From an uncultured bacterium (GTDB lineage: Bacteria > Muiribacteriota > Ozemobacteria > Ozemobacterales > Ozemobacteraceae), in NCBI GenBank assembly GCA_964580875.1, contig CAZOMG010000017.1:1-64000 (forward strand): a stretch of 64,000 nucleotides of DNA. The letters run 5' to 3'. A program made the translations under genes and the position numbers. Of the stretch, positions 62,891-64,000 are shown in pieces. The notes beneath the pieces are model-generated. The model made no database searches. It was not told the DNA's origin and was given only the letters and a program-made list of their open reading frames with translations. Every line of letters starts with the position of its first letter. Positions within the stretch are counted from its first letter, which is position 1.

Positions 62891-63675
62891 GCAGCGGCTT
62901 GTATTCGACCAGAGATAAGAATTTCAGCAAAGAACTCGACCTGACACGCCTGAAGCCATACGGCGATACCATGAATGACGGCAAGGTGCAGGTTAGCTTC
63001 ACCCTGCCAGTGGCCGACGATGAACGCGCCGTGGAAGCGGCTCGCCAGTTGGGCGCCCGTATGGGGTTGAGCGATGTGCAGGTCTCGCATCACGAAGCGC
63101 TCGACAAGGATTTTTCGTTTTTCGTTGTTTACGGAAACCTGAGCCATACGGTTGATATAACCGGAATCAAGGTCGCCACCATCGATTCGAAGATCATGGA
63201 CATGCACGGTGTCGATGAATTCATCAAAGAAAATATCGGTCGCAAACTGGTTGTCATCGGCGCCAGCACCGGCACCGATGCCCACACGGTCGGCATCGAC
63301 GCCGTCATGAACATGAAAGGTTACGCGGGTCATTATGGCCTTGAGCGCTACCAGATGCTCGAAGCCTACAATCTTGGCAGTCAGGTTGCCAACGAAGACT
63401 TTGTTAAAAAGGCCGTTGAACTTAAAGCCGATGTGTTGCTGGTATCGCAGACCGTTACCCAGAAAGACGTGCATATCAGTAATCTGGTTGAGCTTGTAGA
63501 ACTGCTTGAAGCCGCTCACCTTCGCGACAAGGTTATTCTTGTTGCCGGCGGGCCGCGCATTACCAATGATGTCGCCAAAGAACTGGGTTATGATGCCGGT
63601 TTTGGCCCCGGGAAATACGCGGAGCACGTTGCGTCATTCTTTGTCGATGAGTTTGTTAAACGTAAAATGAAGTAG
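62887..63675 (+). CDS. kamE: lysine 5,6-aminomutase beta subunit (B12-binding)
   Basis: '…LKPYGDTMNDGKVQVSFTLPVA…VVIGASTGTDAHTVGIDAVMNMKGYAGHYGLE…' contains the DxHxxG cobalamin-binding motif and the Rossmann-like B12 domain. Confidence 0.85.
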   Translation: MSSGLYSTRDKNFSKELDLTRLKPYGDTMNDGKVQVSFTLPVADDERAVEAARQLGARMGLSDVQVSHHEALDKDFSFFVVYGNLSHTVDITGIKVATIDSKIMDMHGVDEFIKENIGRKLVVIGASTGTDAHTVGIDAVMNMKGYAGHYGLERYQMLEAYNLGSQVANEDFVKKAVELKADVLLVSQTVTQKDVHISNLVELVELLEAAHLRDKVILVAGGPRITNDVAKELGYDAGFGPGKYAEHVASFFVDEFVKRKMK

Positions 63676-63687
63676 AAAGGCCCAATG

Positions 63688-64000
63688 TGAGCCGCTGGCA
63701 ATTTGTTAAACAGTTCTGCCGCGAACCGAAGCGCATCGGGGCCATTGCCCCGAGTTCTTCAAAGCTGGCGCGTCGTATGCTGCAGCCGATCAATTTCAGC
63801 CGTCTGAAGGTGATCGTTGAATATGGCTCAGGCACAGGTGCTTTTACGCGCCAGGTTGTAGAACGAATCGACCCCGAAAAAACCCTGTTTTTTGGTTTTG
63901 AACTCAACGAACAGATGAATCGCATCGCCTGTGAAAACGTTCCGGGCATCAGAATTTTTCAGGATTCAGCTGCTGAGATCCGCAAATATCTGAGAAGATA
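63688..64000 (+). CDS. class I SAM-dependent methyltransferase (3'-truncated by the window end)
   Basis: The GTG at 63688 opens a frame to the window edge. 'VIVEYGSGTGAFTRQVV' is a methyltransferase motif I glycine loop. Confidence 0.45.

Noticed and set aside
1-64000. CRISPR arrays, tRNA/rRNA genes, IS elements and integrases
   Set aside because: I found no array of regularly spaced direct repeats and no cloverleaf-like conserved tRNA motifs in intergenic regions larger than 80 bp. None of the ORF translations contain DDE/HTH transposase or tyrosine-recombinase motifs.

Overview
This is a 64 kb stretch of bacterial chromosome, roughly 50-55% GC, densely coding, with operon-style gene spacing, 4-nt ATGA/TAATG overlaps and rho-independent terminators. 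The gene content looks like an anaerobic, amino-acid-fermenting Gram-negative; any taxonomic call beyond that would be speculative. I found no rRNA, tRNA, CRISPR array or obvious transposase or integrase.

Main blocks in order:
1. A eukaryote-like ankyrin/FYVE/RING protein, then EamA, SlyX and CorA.
2. A monocistronic full-length major vault protein (MVP) homolog with its own sigma70 promoter and a bidirectional terminator.
3. A murein-peptide recycling trio on the minus strand: a membrane protein, an NlpC/P60 gamma-D-Glu endopeptidase and a dipeptide epimerase.
4. An SH3 lytic transglycosylase with a periplasmic protein, a PhnD-like binding protein, a CPA2 antiporter and a modABC-like transporter.
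5. A YbhGFSR-type efflux operon (HlyD, tandem ABC ATPase, two ABC-2 permeases) followed by a signalling module: a soluble histidine kinase, a pseudo-receiver-HDOD protein and a REC-PP2C phosphatase.
6. A tight operon of an ATP-grasp ligase, an esterase, a class-I aminotransferase and an MMPL exporter.
7. Two zinc-ribbon DUF4178 proteins, a micro-protein, a DUF350 protein, a membrane-anchored spermidine-synthase-like enzyme and an AdoMet decarboxylase. This is a membrane-stress-associated polyamine module with no pspA.
8. A 1182-aa hybrid sensor kinase and a TIGR01212 radical SAM protein.
9. A YbjQ-YbjQ-M48 peptidase cluster, an EEP nuclease/phosphatase and cmoAB.
10. A secreted acidic (DSG)n repeat protein.
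11. A complete lysine-fermentation cluster in the beta-transaminase (Kat) variant. It runs kat, kce, atoDA, kdd and kamA, then a P-loop protein and a MutS-domain protein, then kamDE.

The most unusual item is the bacterial vault-protein homolog lying 2 kb from the ankyrin/RING gene. Uncharacterised candidates are the DUF4178/DUF350/SpeE module and the ATP-grasp/esterase/aminotransferase/MMPL operon.
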